64,000 nt of DNA. It comes from Candidatus Poriferihabitaceae bacterium (GTDB taxonomy: Bacteria > Pseudomonadota > Gammaproteobacteria > Arenicellales > Poriferihabitantaceae). A model generated the notes under the pieces. The model was given only the letters and a program-made list of their open reading frames with translations. It ran no database searches and was not told the DNA's origin. Below, piece by piece: positions 19,748-29,318 of the stretch. The translations under genes were made by a program, and so were the position numbers. Each line of letters starts with the position of its first letter. Within the stretch, counting starts at the first letter, position 1. Location: NCBI GenBank assembly GCA_965204925.1, contig OZ242021.1, positions 1,653,500 through 1,717,499 of the forward strand. The letters run 5' to 3'.

Positions 19748-20835
19748 TATGCAGCCCTCTCCGCGATCCTGTTTTCTGCCCGCTTGCCATCCTGCAAAAC
19801 GGCAACGTTGGTCAACGCGAAACTGACGAACTGGATCGTCATACTGACGGCGAATATCAGCAGGTAAGAAGCCATCAGGTACTTCGTATACATACCGAAC
19901 CCGCTTTGCGAGATCTCGAAACTGAGCAACGGACTATTGATGCTGCTGCCTTTCCCCGACATGCCCTGGATCAGAATATTCCAGCACAGTGGCAGTCCCA
20001 GAAAGAGAGAACCCAGCGTGTTGGTCAACGCCTTGCCGCAGTCGCTGAAGTTGGTGTAGAACACGTCGACGCGAACATGCCCATCCTCGACCAGGGTGTA
20101 GGCGCTGGCGAACAGGAACAGGCCGGCATACCAGAACCGCACCAGATCTCCCATGAACGCCTGCTCATAAGAAAAGACGAAGCGGGTAATGACAATCAGG
20201 AATTCCGCCGCGACAATGAGCAAGGCAAACCAGATAAACCCCAGCGTCCGGGTAAAACCGGCGATAACAATGGCAAGCAGAATCAACGGGAAGTGAACAT
20301 AACTGCCGCGGAAAACGGGCCGCCCCAGCTGGATGGCGAGATGTTCCCCTGCGACCGCGCTTAGAAATCCTTCAACCCTGGCGAACGAAATCAGCATATC
20401 AGCCAGACCAACGAGGAAAACCGCCCAGAATGCAGCCCGCACGATGAAAGCGGAAATGCGGTTGTACAGCTCGGCGTCCTCATTCAGCCTGCGCGCCGGG
20501 GTTTTCAGGACGAGACAGATTATGCCCAGTATCGTAACAAGCGAGGCGATCAACTGTATCCAGCCTCTGGTCACGCCGGAGCCGGCCAGTTTTTTGGTGT
20601 CCTCAGCGCCGGTCAGCCAAAGGTGGGAGAGGAAAATGCGTATTCCCGGCCACTCGAACCAGTAGATCAGCGTGTTGTCGACGAGGAACAGGAATAACAG
20701 GACAACCATGGAGGCAGCCAGCGCCCGAATCCCGATGTTGCGGGAGGATACCGCAGGTGAAGAATGGGCGCTCTTCACCACTGACAGGAAGTGAGGCTGC
20801 ACACGGACACACAGGTCACGGCCTGATCCGGACAA
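19747..20835 (-). CDS. TRAP transporter small permease (DctQ), N-terminally extended
   Basis: ASAYTL..DGHVRVDVFY motif; lies between dctP and dctM; start uncertain. Confidence 0.85.
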   Translation of the reverse strand: MSGSGRDLCVRVQPHFLSVVKSAHSSPAVSSRNIGIRALAASMVVLLFLFLVDNTLIYWFEWPGIRIFLSHLWLTGAEDTKKLAGSGVTRGWIQLIASLVTILGIICLVLKTPARRLNEDAELYNRISAFIVRAAFWAVFLVGLADMLISFARVEGFLSAVAGEHLAIQLGRPVFRGSYVHFPLILLAIVIAGFTRTLGFIWFALLIVAAEFLIVITRFVFSYEQAFMGDLVRFWYAGLFLFASAYTLVEDGHVRVDVFYTNFSDCGKALTNTLGSLFLGLPLCWNILIQGMSGKGSSINSPLLSFEISQSGFGMYTKYLMASYLLIFAVSMTIQFVSFALTNVAVLQDGKRAENRIAERAA

Positions 20836-20865
20836 CTTGGTTCAGGCGCGCCCCGCATTGTAATG

Positions 20866-20893
20866 AGGAAACGGAGCATGAACCCCGTTTCCT
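20866..20893 (-). terminator. Hairpin between dctP and dctQ
   Basis: AGGAAACGG-N10-CCGTTTCCT. Confidence 0.5.
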
Positions 20894-20914
20894 GTGGTTG
20901 GAGCCGGGAGTTTC

Positions 20915-22006
20915 TTATACGCCGAGAACCCGGTTTCGTTGTCTCAGGTATTCCTGGTCGGCGATTTTTGCCCAGCCGCCGACATCGGCGCGTGCCCGCA
21001 CAAAGCTCTCGTGCACCCGTCTTGCCAGATCGCTGTGCGCTACCGTTTCCGAGAACACTTCTTCTGCCGCCTCCCCGAACGAGTCATAAATGTCATCGCT
21101 GAACCTTTCCAGCTGGACTCCCTGATCATTGATCAGGCGGGTTAGCGAAGAGCCGTTGTTGGCATTGAACTCGGCCATCATGACATCGTTTTCCATCGAC
21201 GCGGCCGACTCGATCATGACTTTGTCCGCATTGGACAAGCCTTCCCAGAAATCCTTGTTGATTCCGGCGGCCAGCATCGGGCCGGGTTCGTGCATTCCGG
21301 GATAGTAATAGTAGCGCGCGGCTTCATAGAATTTCATGGCCTCATCGTTCCACGGTCCAACCCACTCTGTGGCATCGATTGCGCCTGAAATCAGGTTCTC
21401 ATAGATCTGGCCGCCCGGCAGTGAAACAGGAGAAGCCCCCAGTTTTGCCAGTACGTCTCCGCCCAGACCCGGGATGCGCATTTTCAAGCCCTTGAAGTCA
21501 TCGGCCGAGTTCATTTCCTTGCGGAACCATCCGCCCATTTGTACGCCGGTATTGCCGCACATGAGGTTTTTCAGTCCATACTCGCCCGCAAGTTCGTCCC
21601 ACAGTTCCTGCCCTCCCCCAAAGCGGATCCAGGCATTCATCTCCGTATAGGTCAGGCCGAAAGGTACGGCGGTAAAGTAACCCCAGGCGGGGTGTTTGCC
21701 TTTCCAGTAATAGTCGGCCCCATGGTAGATCTGCGCGTTGCCGGATGCCACTTCGTCGAACGAATCAAATGCTCCGACCCGCTCGCCCGCAGCGAAATAT
21801 TCGACTGCGAAGCGGCCATTGCTCATGTCACTCAGCCTTTGCGCAAACCGTTGCGCTCCTGTACCGAGACCGGGAAAATCCCGCGGCCAGGTCGAGACCA
21901 CTGCGATTTCAATACGTTCCTGGGCGATAGCGGGCGCCGCCAGGGTCGAAACCCCTGCTGCTGTGGCCAGTCCGACTCCGCCCTTTATCAGTTCACGACG
22001 TTTCAT
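20915..22006 (-). CDS. TRAP substrate-binding protein (DctP, TakP-like), Tat-exported
   Basis: MKRRELIK twin-arginine signal; LAAPAIAQ; GNTGVQMGGWF; GLKMRIPGLGG; DATEWVGPWND. Confidence 0.92.
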   Translation of the reverse strand: MKRRELIKGGVGLATAAGVSTLAAPAIAQERIEIAVVSTWPRDFPGLGTGAQRFAQRLSDMSNGRFAVEYFAAGERVGAFDSFDEVASGNAQIYHGADYYWKGKHPAWGYFTAVPFGLTYTEMNAWIRFGGGQELWDELAGEYGLKNLMCGNTGVQMGGWFRKEMNSADDFKGLKMRIPGLGGDVLAKLGASPVSLPGGQIYENLISGAIDATEWVGPWNDEAMKFYEAARYYYYPGMHEPGPMLAAGINKDFWEGLSNADKVMIESAASMENDVMMAEFNANNGSSLTRLINDQGVQLERFSDDIYDSFGEAAEEVFSETVAHSDLARRVHESFVRARADVGGWAKIADQEYLRQRNRVLGV

Positions 22007-22164
22007 AAGAATATCCTCAGGTTATGGTTTATTTGACTTGTTCGACTCCGCTTGCAAGACGGCAACGCGTACTTGCTCAAATCGGTGATCGCTAGTATCG
22101 CCGATTTATTGAACGCGGTAAAGTGGATCAGGACAGTACACGATTATTCTGCGCGATAGCGCCG

Positions 22165-23259
22165 TTATCCTCTGGAAATGGTCATATAGGCGTGTACATA
22201 ATCCATGCCCTGGCCGGCAGGTTCTTTCATGATGCGGCGATGATAGGCGCTGTAGTAGTCCTCGATCAGTCGCTGGCGCTCTTCAACAGACCGGTTGGCG
22301 TCAAGACCCGCATGAAAGATGCTCTGATTCCAGCTTCTTATCGTTGCAACGAGACCATCGGCAAACTTTTTCACGTCCTTGTCGCGGTCGAATTGCCTGG
22401 CGAAAGGGCAGGGGACGACGCCCGTTTCAATGTTGTCCAGTCGCAGCCCCATCTTATGACAGGCGCTGCCGGCGTTAGTCAGCGGCGCGGCGAATTCCTC
22501 CACTGTGCGATAGTACTGGGGAAGGGTCATATTGCGGTATTCCTGCTCCGATATGCGCGCCTCGTCCGCCAGTTCCCTCCAGATCGCGTTCAGTGTGTCG
22601 AACATGTTGACACCGCCGGTATTGCCGAGATAGCGTCCCTGGCGGTCACGGCAAAAGTTGACGAGAACCATCTTGCCGCCGGGTCTCAGCTCTTTCGCGC
22701 GGTGTTGCAGGATGGTTTCCCAATCCTGCCGCGCCTGACAGGCAAATGCTTCCAGTTCCTTGCCACGCGCCCCGATCATATGTACATGGTCGCTGATGTT
22801 GCACGGTTTCGTCGACAACCAGTGCATGGCGGTCGCGGAAAAAACGAAATCAAGGGAGTGGTCGGGCACGGACTGTTGATAGAACGATGTGCCGCAAACG
22901 AGGGGAAAGGCGCGCTTGAACTGGCCGACCCAGGTTTCAAATTGTGTGCGCCCGTGAACGATATCGATCAATGCGTTATAGTCATTCGCAGGCTGGTCGG
23001 CATATATTACCGTGACCTGTATGTCCGGCTTCATTTCTTGTATTTTTTCAATGGCCCGGCGAATCATGTCAAGCGAGGTTCCCGCGTCAGCGCATCCGGT
23101 ATCGGCGAGCGCGAAACGTCCGGAGGAAATATCCATGTCCCCGATTGCATCAAGAACACGCGGCGTGGCGATATCAATGACATCCTTTGCGCCTGTGGTG
23201 GCCAGTGAATACAGTCCGCCTTTCGACATGGTGATGTTGTCCGACTGGAAGTTTTTCAT
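22165..23259 (-). CDS. SAM-dependent carboxyl/N-methyltransferase, SABATH (Methyltransf_7) family
   Basis: ADTGCADAGTS, DQPANDYNAL, GTSFYQQ..P..SLD..FSATAMHWLS, RAKELRPGG, PQYYRTVEE; start at ATG 23259. Confidence 0.8.
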   Translation of the reverse strand: MKNFQSDNITMSKGGLYSLATTGAKDVIDIATPRVLDAIGDMDISSGRFALADTGCADAGTSLDMIRRAIEKIQEMKPDIQVTVIYADQPANDYNALIDIVHGRTQFETWVGQFKRAFPLVCGTSFYQQSVPDHSLDFVFSATAMHWLSTKPCNISDHVHMIGARGKELEAFACQARQDWETILQHRAKELRPGGKMVLVNFCRDRQGRYLGNTGGVNMFDTLNAIWRELADEARISEQEYRNMTLPQYYRTVEEFAAPLTNAGSACHKMGLRLDNIETGVVPCPFARQFDRDKDVKKFADGLVATIRSWNQSIFHAGLDANRSVEERQRLIEDYYSAYHRRIMKEPAGQGMDYVHAYMTISRG

Positions 23260-23264
23260 CGGTA

Positions 23265-23825
23265 TCAGGCCCCGATCAGGGTAAGAAACTCGGAGCGGGT
23301 GCGATGGCTGGAGCGAAACATACCCAGCATCATTGAGGTTTTCATCGTCGAGTTCTGTTTCTCGACCCCGCGCATCATCATGCAAAGATGCCGGGCTTCT
23401 ATGATCACGCCGACCCCTCTTGCGTCGGTTACCTGTTTTATGGCGTGTGCGATTTGCTCGGTCAGGTTTTCCTGGATTTGCAGCCTGCGCGCGTACATAT
23501 CCGTGATTCGCGCCATCTTCGATAATCCAATCACCTTGCCGTCAGGCACATAGGCAATGTGGCATTTGCCGATAAAAGGCAGCAGGTGATGCTCACATAG
23601 AGAATACAACTCAATATCCTTGATGATCACCATCTGGTCGTTGTCGGACTCAAAAATTGCATTGTTCACGATTTCGTCGAGATTCTGTTGATAACCGTGG
23701 GTCAGGTATTGCAACGCCTTTGCCGCCCGCGCCGGAGTATCGTGAAGCCCCCGGCGCTGCGGGTCCTCTCCGATCAACGTGAGAAGAGAATGGTAGTGCG
23801 TGGATATTTTTTCACGATTGTTCAT
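23265..23825 (-). CDS. folE: GTP cyclohydrolase I
   Basis: [41 protein letters not shown]. Confidence 0.97.
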   Translation of the reverse strand: MNNREKISTHYHSLLTLIGEDPQRRGLHDTPARAAKALQYLTHGYQQNLDEIVNNAIFESDNDQMVIIKDIELYSLCEHHLLPFIGKCHIAYVPDGKVIGLSKMARITDMYARRLQIQENLTEQIAHAIKQVTDARGVGVIIEARHLCMMMRGVEKQNSTMKTSMMLGMFRSSHRTRSEFLTLIGA

Positions 23826-23974
23826 GTTTTGCCCGATCAGTATTGCAACGTTTGCAGCCTGTATTGTATATCACATCGGATCATCCGACAGGGAGTAACG
23901 CCGATCTGTTCGGCAATTCCCGCCAGCGTGTCGGCTTGGCATATACTGCGGACAATATTGGCAGGGATTAAGAC

Positions 23975-24805
23975 ATGGTTGATGAAGTGACCGGGAGTCT
24001 GCGCAAGATGAGGGTTGAGGCAACCTGTCCCGTGAATTACCGGATGCCGGTGGGGGATGTCCTGCTGGCAATGAATGAACGGCTTGGGCATACCCTGGCG
24101 TTGCGCCATACCGGAAATATTCACTGTATTGAATGCGGTAGAAAAACCGGCAAGAGTTTTTCGCAAGGGTACTGCTACCCATGCTTCCGGTCTCTGGCTG
24201 AATGCGACCTGTGTATCATGAGGCCGGAAACCTGTCATTTTGCTCGTGGAACCTGCCGCGATGAAGAGTGGGCAGAAGATCATTGCATGCAGGACCACTA
24301 TGTCTATCTCGCAAACTCTTCAGGACTGAAGGTCGGTATTACCCGCGGGACTCAGATACCCGTGCGCTGGATCGATCAGGGAGCATCCCAGGCGATTACC
24401 ATGTTCAGGGTCGCGAGCCGCTTCCATTCCGGACTGCTCGAGGTGACGCTGAAGAAGCGGGTCAGCGACCGTACCGACTGGCGCAGGCTTCTTGTGGGGC
24501 CGCCGCAAGAGCGGGATATGGCGCTGGCGCGCGACCGGCTGTTTGATGCGACCCGCTTCGATCTCAGGATCCTGAAGCAATTGCACAGCGGACTTGAATG
24601 GGAGCGGCTGAATGACGCTCCCGTTCAACTGGCCTATCCGGTAGTACAGTATCCCGCGCGGCCGGTCAGCCTGAACCTTGATAAAACTCCGTGCATTTCC
24701 GGAACATTGACAGGAATAAAGGGTCAGTACCTGATGCTCGACTGCGGCGTGATCAACATCCGCAAGTTTGCGGGCTACGAGGTTACAGTCAGTTTCACGC
24801 ATTGA
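23975..24805 (+). CDS. DUF2797 family protein (Cys-rich)
   Basis: CIECGRKT.KSFSQGYCYPCF, CDLCIMRPETCH, YLANSSGLKVGITR, RWIDQGA, GIKGQYL. Confidence 0.85.
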   Translation: MVDEVTGSLRKMRVEATCPVNYRMPVGDVLLAMNERLGHTLALRHTGNIHCIECGRKTGKSFSQGYCYPCFRSLAECDLCIMRPETCHFARGTCRDEEWAEDHCMQDHYVYLANSSGLKVGITRGTQIPVRWIDQGASQAITMFRVASRFHSGLLEVTLKKRVSDRTDWRRLLVGPPQERDMALARDRLFDATRFDLRILKQLHSGLEWERLNDAPVQLAYPVVQYPARPVSLNLDKTPCISGTLTGIKGQYLMLDCGVINIRKFAGYEVTVSFTH

Positions 24806-26066
24806 CCGGACATGGATTGACCGTACCCGGATAACCCTGGCGTTATATGAACTTGTCGACCTGTTTATCAGAAAAAACCGGATTTTCCGTTTCCCTGACA
24901 CGGGATGTCGTGTGGTGAAGATCGGGGACATGCGGGAAATCAGGGTCGACGATCTCCTCGGCAGAGAATCCGTCTCCCCCGATGAAACATTGATGCGCAG
25001 GAATATTGATAACCGTGTCGTCATGGTAACCGGCGCTGGCGGCTCTATCGGCGCCGAATTGTGCCGCCAGATCTCCCGCCTCAATCCCGCGCAGATCGTG
25101 CTGTTCGAGCAAAGCGAATTCAATTTGTACAAAATCGACCGTGAGCTGAAGAAGCGTCAGATCGAATTTGTTCCGGTGCTGGGTTCAGTTTCGGATATCG
25201 AGCATATTGCCGAGCGTTGCCGGGCGTTGCAGGTGGATACGATTTTCCATGCCGCGGCTTACAAGCATGTCCCCCTGGTGGAAATGAATCCTGCCATTGG
25301 CGTCAAAAACAATGTATTTGGAACGTACGCCACAGCCATGGCGGCGATTCGCGCCAATGCGAAAAATTTTGTGCTGATTTCTACCGACAAGGCGGTCCGC
25401 CCCACCAATGTGATGGGCGCCACCAAACGTTTTTCCGAACTGGCGCTCCAGGCCATGGATGCCCATGTGATCGCCGGACAGACCCGATTCATTATCGTAC
25501 GGTTCGGTAATGTCATCGACTCGTCGGGGTCCGTGATTCCGTTGTTCCGCGATCAGATCAACATGGGTGGGCCGGTGACGGTGACCCATGAGGAAGTCAC
25601 ACGTTACTTTATGACGATCCCCGAAGCCGCCCAACTGGTCATTCAGGCCGGGGCCATGGGCAATGGCGGGGAAGTATTCGTTCTTGACATGGGAGAATCG
25701 GTCAGAATCTATGATCTTGCGGTCAAAATGATCGAACTGAGCGGGTTTGGTCTCAAGGATGCCCGACATCCTGACGGAGATATCGAAATACAATTTTCCG
25801 GCCTGAGGGCGGGCGAGAAGCTGCATGAAGAGCTGTTGATCGGTGACAATGTGGTTTCAACGCAACACGACCGCATCATGAGCGCCAATGAAAAATTCCT
25901 GCCTTGGCAAGAGATACGGGAAAGGCTTGATCAGCTGGAGGTCGAGGTGCGCAAAGGCAACACCGCACAAATCAGGCGAATACTGGCAAGCGTTGTCGAA
26001 GGATATTCCGCCGCCTGTAATGAATTGCGCCCGCCCGCGACATCCTGCGTCTCCCGGTCATCGTAG
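24768..26066 (+). CDS. Nucleoside-diphosphate sugar 4,6-dehydratase (CapD/PglF/WbpM family), catalytic part only
   Basis: DDLLGR, VTGAGGSIGAEL, HAAAYKHVP, STDKAVRPTNVMGATK, RFGNV, TRYFMTIPEA, GEKLHEEL; no N-terminal membrane domain; likely start near ATG 24930. Confidence 0.8.
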   Translation: MRATRLQSVSRIDRTWIDRTRITLALYELVDLFIRKNRIFRFPDTGCRVVKIGDMREIRVDDLLGRESVSPDETLMRRNIDNRVVMVTGAGGSIGAELCRQISRLNPAQIVLFEQSEFNLYKIDRELKKRQIEFVPVLGSVSDIEHIAERCRALQVDTIFHAAAYKHVPLVEMNPAIGVKNNVFGTYATAMAAIRANAKNFVLISTDKAVRPTNVMGATKRFSELALQAMDAHVIAGQTRFIIVRFGNVIDSSGSVIPLFRDQINMGGPVTVTHEEVTRYFMTIPEAAQLVIQAGAMGNGGEVFVLDMGESVRIYDLAVKMIELSGFGLKDARHPDGDIEIQFSGLRAGEKLHEELLIGDNVVSTQHDRIMSANEKFLPWQEIRERLDQLEVEVRKGNTAQIRRILASVVEGYSAACNELRPPATSCVSRSS

Positions 26067-26182
26067 GGGCAGCCTCCTGTGCCTGCCCGCAGACCAATAG
26101 CAATCGTATATGGACGCTATGTACTGCGCCCCGTTCGGCAATTCGAACGCGCCAGGGGCATAACTCCGGACCACGCTGACTC

Positions 26183-26226
26183 TTGATTCTTTCTCGCATC
26201 CTGCCTATTATCAGGCTCCGATAATA
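26183..26226 (+). promoter_or_regulatory. Sigma70-like promoter with overlapping palindrome
   Basis: TTGATT (26183-88)-N17-TATTAT (26206-11); inverted repeat TATTATC-N7-GATAATA (26206-26226). Confidence 0.55.
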
Positions 26227-26238
26227 CAGAGTAAAATT

Positions 26239-26454
26239 ATGTCGCGAAAGACCTACAAGTATCACTTCAAACAGGGTCACAGAATCGTTCACACGGGCAT
26301 CACAAACGACCTTGAGCGCCGCGAATCCGAGCACAAACGGACTTTTGGCAAGGACGGGCATATCTTGCAGGTCGGTAGTCCGACGACCATGGATGCCGCT
26401 CTGGCATGGGAGCGGGAACAGGCCGAGAAAGGTCGTCCTACCCGGCGTCGGTGA
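26239..26454 (+). CDS. Minimal GIY-YIG-like protein (71 aa)
   Basis: YKY..VHTGITNDLERRESEH..ALAWE resembles the GIY-YIG core (G.T.DL.RR..EH, A...E). Confidence 0.6.
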   Translation: MSRKTYKYHFKQGHRIVHTGITNDLERRESEHKRTFGKDGHILQVGSPTTMDAALAWEREQAEKGRPTRRR

Positions 26455-26485
26455 ACAGGAGAGGTGTGAGGGTGTACCGGTTGCG

Positions 26486-26683
26486 TTGTATCTTCAGGTT
26501 CTGTCACTACTGATTGGTCTGGTTGCCGTCGTTATTCCGGTTGTGATAGCGCTGGTCGGATTTTATGTTTCGAGACGATTTTCCAATCGAATAGATAGTC
26601 TCGGCATAGATCTGAACGATGCTCTTGATCGGATTCATGTTCTGGAAAATACCGATCGAAATATTACGGGTGACCGCAACTAG
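26486..26683 (+). CDS. Small membrane protein, one TM helix plus a short coiled coil
   Basis: VLSLLIGLVAVVIPVVIALVGFYV followed by RIDSL..DLNDALDRIHVLE; start (TTG 26486) uncertain. Confidence 0.45.
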   Translation: MYLQVLSLLIGLVAVVIPVVIALVGFYVSRRFSNRIDSLGIDLNDALDRIHVLENTDRNITGDRN

Positions 26684-26688
26684 CGTGG

Positions 26689-27568
26689 GTAAATGAGCGC
26701 TTACCCAGTCTTCCCCGAATCAAGGCCAAGCGATCGAACCCGGTGCTATTTAGCGGTTGTGCGCCGTGCCAGCCCCTCACCAGACAGAATACGACCCGAC
26801 CGAGGCCCGATCGGGATGAGCGCATCCCGCTTTGCAAGCATGGTGGAAAGTTGCCGGCCGGATCTCGTGTTTGTAGAGAATGTTCCGGGGTTACAAAAGC
26901 TGTCTGCAGACAGTCAGCCCTTCGGCGATTTTCTGCGGCGACTGGACCGGGCGGGGTATGAGATGGACTATCGGCCGAGCATGCTGGCCAAATACGGGAT
27001 ACCCCAAAGCCGCCGCCGGCTCGTCCTGGTGGGCAGTCGCCACGGTACGATCCGCCTGCCAGAAGCAACGCACGGACCGGGAACATCGAACGAACGATAC
27101 GCAACGGTCAGGTGGATCGCTCATCTTCCACCGATTCGGGCGGGTGAGGAGCATGAGGAGGTTCCCAATCATAAGGCGGCGAATCTGTCGCTCCGTAACC
27201 TGGAGCGTATTGAAGCAACGCCTGAAGGCGGTGGCAATCGGGATTGGCCGCCACATCTGATGCTCAATTGCCACAAGGGGGTATCGGGTTATAGTGATGT
27301 TTATGGTCGGATGTCATGGGACGCGCCTGCATCGGGACTTACCACGCGGTGCACGAGCTACTCGAACGGACGCTTCGGCCATCCTGAACAAAACAGAACT
27401 ATCAGTATTCGGGAGTATGCCGACCGCGTCGAGATCGACTACTGCGGAACGCACTTTATGATCAAGCCGGCTCACCGCTGCTGGCGGACGATATGGACGG
27501 AGACCGCGACCTTGAGTCGTGTAGCGATTGATGAATCGGAGTGGATCAGAAGAATCGCAAAAAAGTGA
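26689..27568 (+). pseudogene. C5 DNA cytosine methyltransferase remnant
   Basis: Motif IV GCAPCQP in one frame; motifs VI (ENV), VIII (PQSRRR) and IX (RTISIRE) in another; frameshift near 26830; motifs I and X absent. Confidence 0.85.
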
Positions 27569-27638
27569 CCATATTCGAATTTTACCTTTCCGCAGACCCG
27601 GTTCAGGTCCGGAAGTGTAGCGCACTATTTCATGTACC

Positions 27639-28328
27639 TTACACCCTCCGGTAAACACAGAACCAGCCTTCAAGCTGGTCGCCCTCGTAGTAGCGGTCCG
27701 TTTCCAGGCTCAGGCAGCGCAGCAGGGATTGCTTTTCCAGTCGTTTGAACTGGTCGGCAAATCCCATGCTTTCCCACAGGTCCTTGTGAACCGTGCAGGC
27801 AAGGATGCCGGCGGGTTTCAGTATCCTGCAAACTTCATTGAGCGGCTCGGGTCCGACGTGGCCATGGGTGAACGTCCCCGCCGAGATGACGCCGTCAAAG
27901 CTGGCGCTTGCATATTCCAGCGGCAGGTTGATGTCGCCGACTTTCAGTTCCTTGTACAATCCCTTGCGATTCGCCACCCCTGCCATTTCCGGGGATAAAT
28001 CAATGCCGTGCAGGTCGGTGAATCCCTGTTCCGCCAACGTACATACGGCAAGACCGGCGCCGCACCCGAGATCCAGTATTTTCGCGTTCCTGTCATGCAG
28101 GCGCTCCATCAGTTTCTCCGCGATCAATGCGGGTGAGATATAGTTCAGTCCTGCGACCATTTGCTGATCGTATTCCCGCGCCCGCTGTGCGTAGAAAAGT
28201 TTCGCGCTTTCGCTGTCTTTCAGGTTATAGGCCTCGGTAACGAAATCCCCGGGACCCTGTGGGGTCTCTCCGGCTGTTTTCGTAACCGGCGGGATTTTTG
28301 CGGGGGCGGGAGGGTCTTTTCCTGTCAT
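27639..28328 (-). CDS. Class I SAM-dependent methyltransferase
   Basis: ILDLGCGAGL, GIDLSPEM, GTFTHGHVGP. Confidence 0.85.
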   Translation of the reverse strand: MTGKDPPAPAKIPPVTKTAGETPQGPGDFVTEAYNLKDSESAKLFYAQRAREYDQQMVAGLNYISPALIAEKLMERLHDRNAKILDLGCGAGLAVCTLAEQGFTDLHGIDLSPEMAGVANRKGLYKELKVGDINLPLEYASASFDGVISAGTFTHGHVGPEPLNEVCRILKPAGILACTVHKDLWESMGFADQFKRLEKQSLLRCLSLETDRYYEGDQLEGWFCVYRRV

Positions 28329-28339
28329 CGGATGTCTGT

Positions 28340-29242
28340 TCAGGACAGTCTGGTCAGTGCATTGTTGCCGGATTTCAGTACCATCGCGACACCGGTTACG
28401 CAGGCAATAATTCCGGCAATCGCAACCGGCCCGAATGTTTCATCAAAAAATATCCAGGCCTGAACCACTACGAAAGGCGGCACCAGATAAAACAGACCCG
28501 CGACCTTGCCCGCTTCGCCGGTGCGAATCAGCCACAGCAGGAGCATGGAGGCGCCTGCCGACAAGACCAGCACCAGCCAGGCCAGAGCCAGCATGAATGC
28601 CGGTGTCCAGTCGACTTCGCGGGATTCGAGAGAAAATGCCAGAATGCCCATGACCACGGTATTGATCAGGAACTGGAAGCAGACGCTCGGTAGCAGATCG
28701 TAAGCCCCGCAGAATCTTTTCTGGTAAACCGTGCCGAAGGAGATTGCAATCAGGCTGGCCGTCGAGAAAATCAGTCCGCGGTAATTGATCGCTCCGGTGT
28801 CCACGCCCTGCTGGCCGATGACAATGATGACCCCGAAAAAGCCCACGATCAATCCGGCAATTTTCAGGCGGGTAATGGACTCACCCAGCCAGCGGGCTGC
28901 GATAAACACGGTTACCAGGGGTTGCAGGCCAATGACAATGGCGGTCATTGAGGAAGGCAGCCCGGTCTTGATGGCGCTAAAAACACCTCCGAGGTAAACA
29001 CAGTGGATCAGAAGGGCGACGATTGCCATGTGACCGTAGTCAGCCATCCGTCCGGGCCAGGTCACATCGAAAAACGGGACCAGTGAGAACAATATCAGGG
29101 TCGCCAGCAGCATTCTGATAGCGAGAAAAGTGAACGGTTCAACGCTCGGCAGTCCGAATTTTGCGCTGATAAAGCCGGTACTCCACAGGAATACGAATAA
29201 CAGCGGAAGTCCTGTCCTTATTGCATGAATTCGAAATGACAT
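28340..29242 (-). CDS. DMT/EamA family transporter
   Basis: FVFLWSTGFISAKFGL..EPFTFL..R, LQPLVT, LFYLVPP; start at ATG 29242. Confidence 0.9.
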   Translation of the reverse strand: MSFRIHAIRTGLPLLFVFLWSTGFISAKFGLPSVEPFTFLAIRMLLATLILFSLVPFFDVTWPGRMADYGHMAIVALLIHCVYLGGVFSAIKTGLPSSMTAIVIGLQPLVTVFIAARWLGESITRLKIAGLIVGFFGVIIVIGQQGVDTGAINYRGLIFSTASLIAISFGTVYQKRFCGAYDLLPSVCFQFLINTVVMGILAFSLESREVDWTPAFMLALAWLVLVLSAGASMLLLWLIRTGEAGKVAGLFYLVPPFVVVQAWIFFDETFGPVAIAGIIACVTGVAMVLKSGNNALTRLS

Positions 29243-29318
29243 GTTGCGGGGCGGGTTGTGGTCGAGCGCATTGTTTCTGTGTTTCTGTGTTTCTGTGGCT
29301 GGAAGTCCGGTTATCTGC

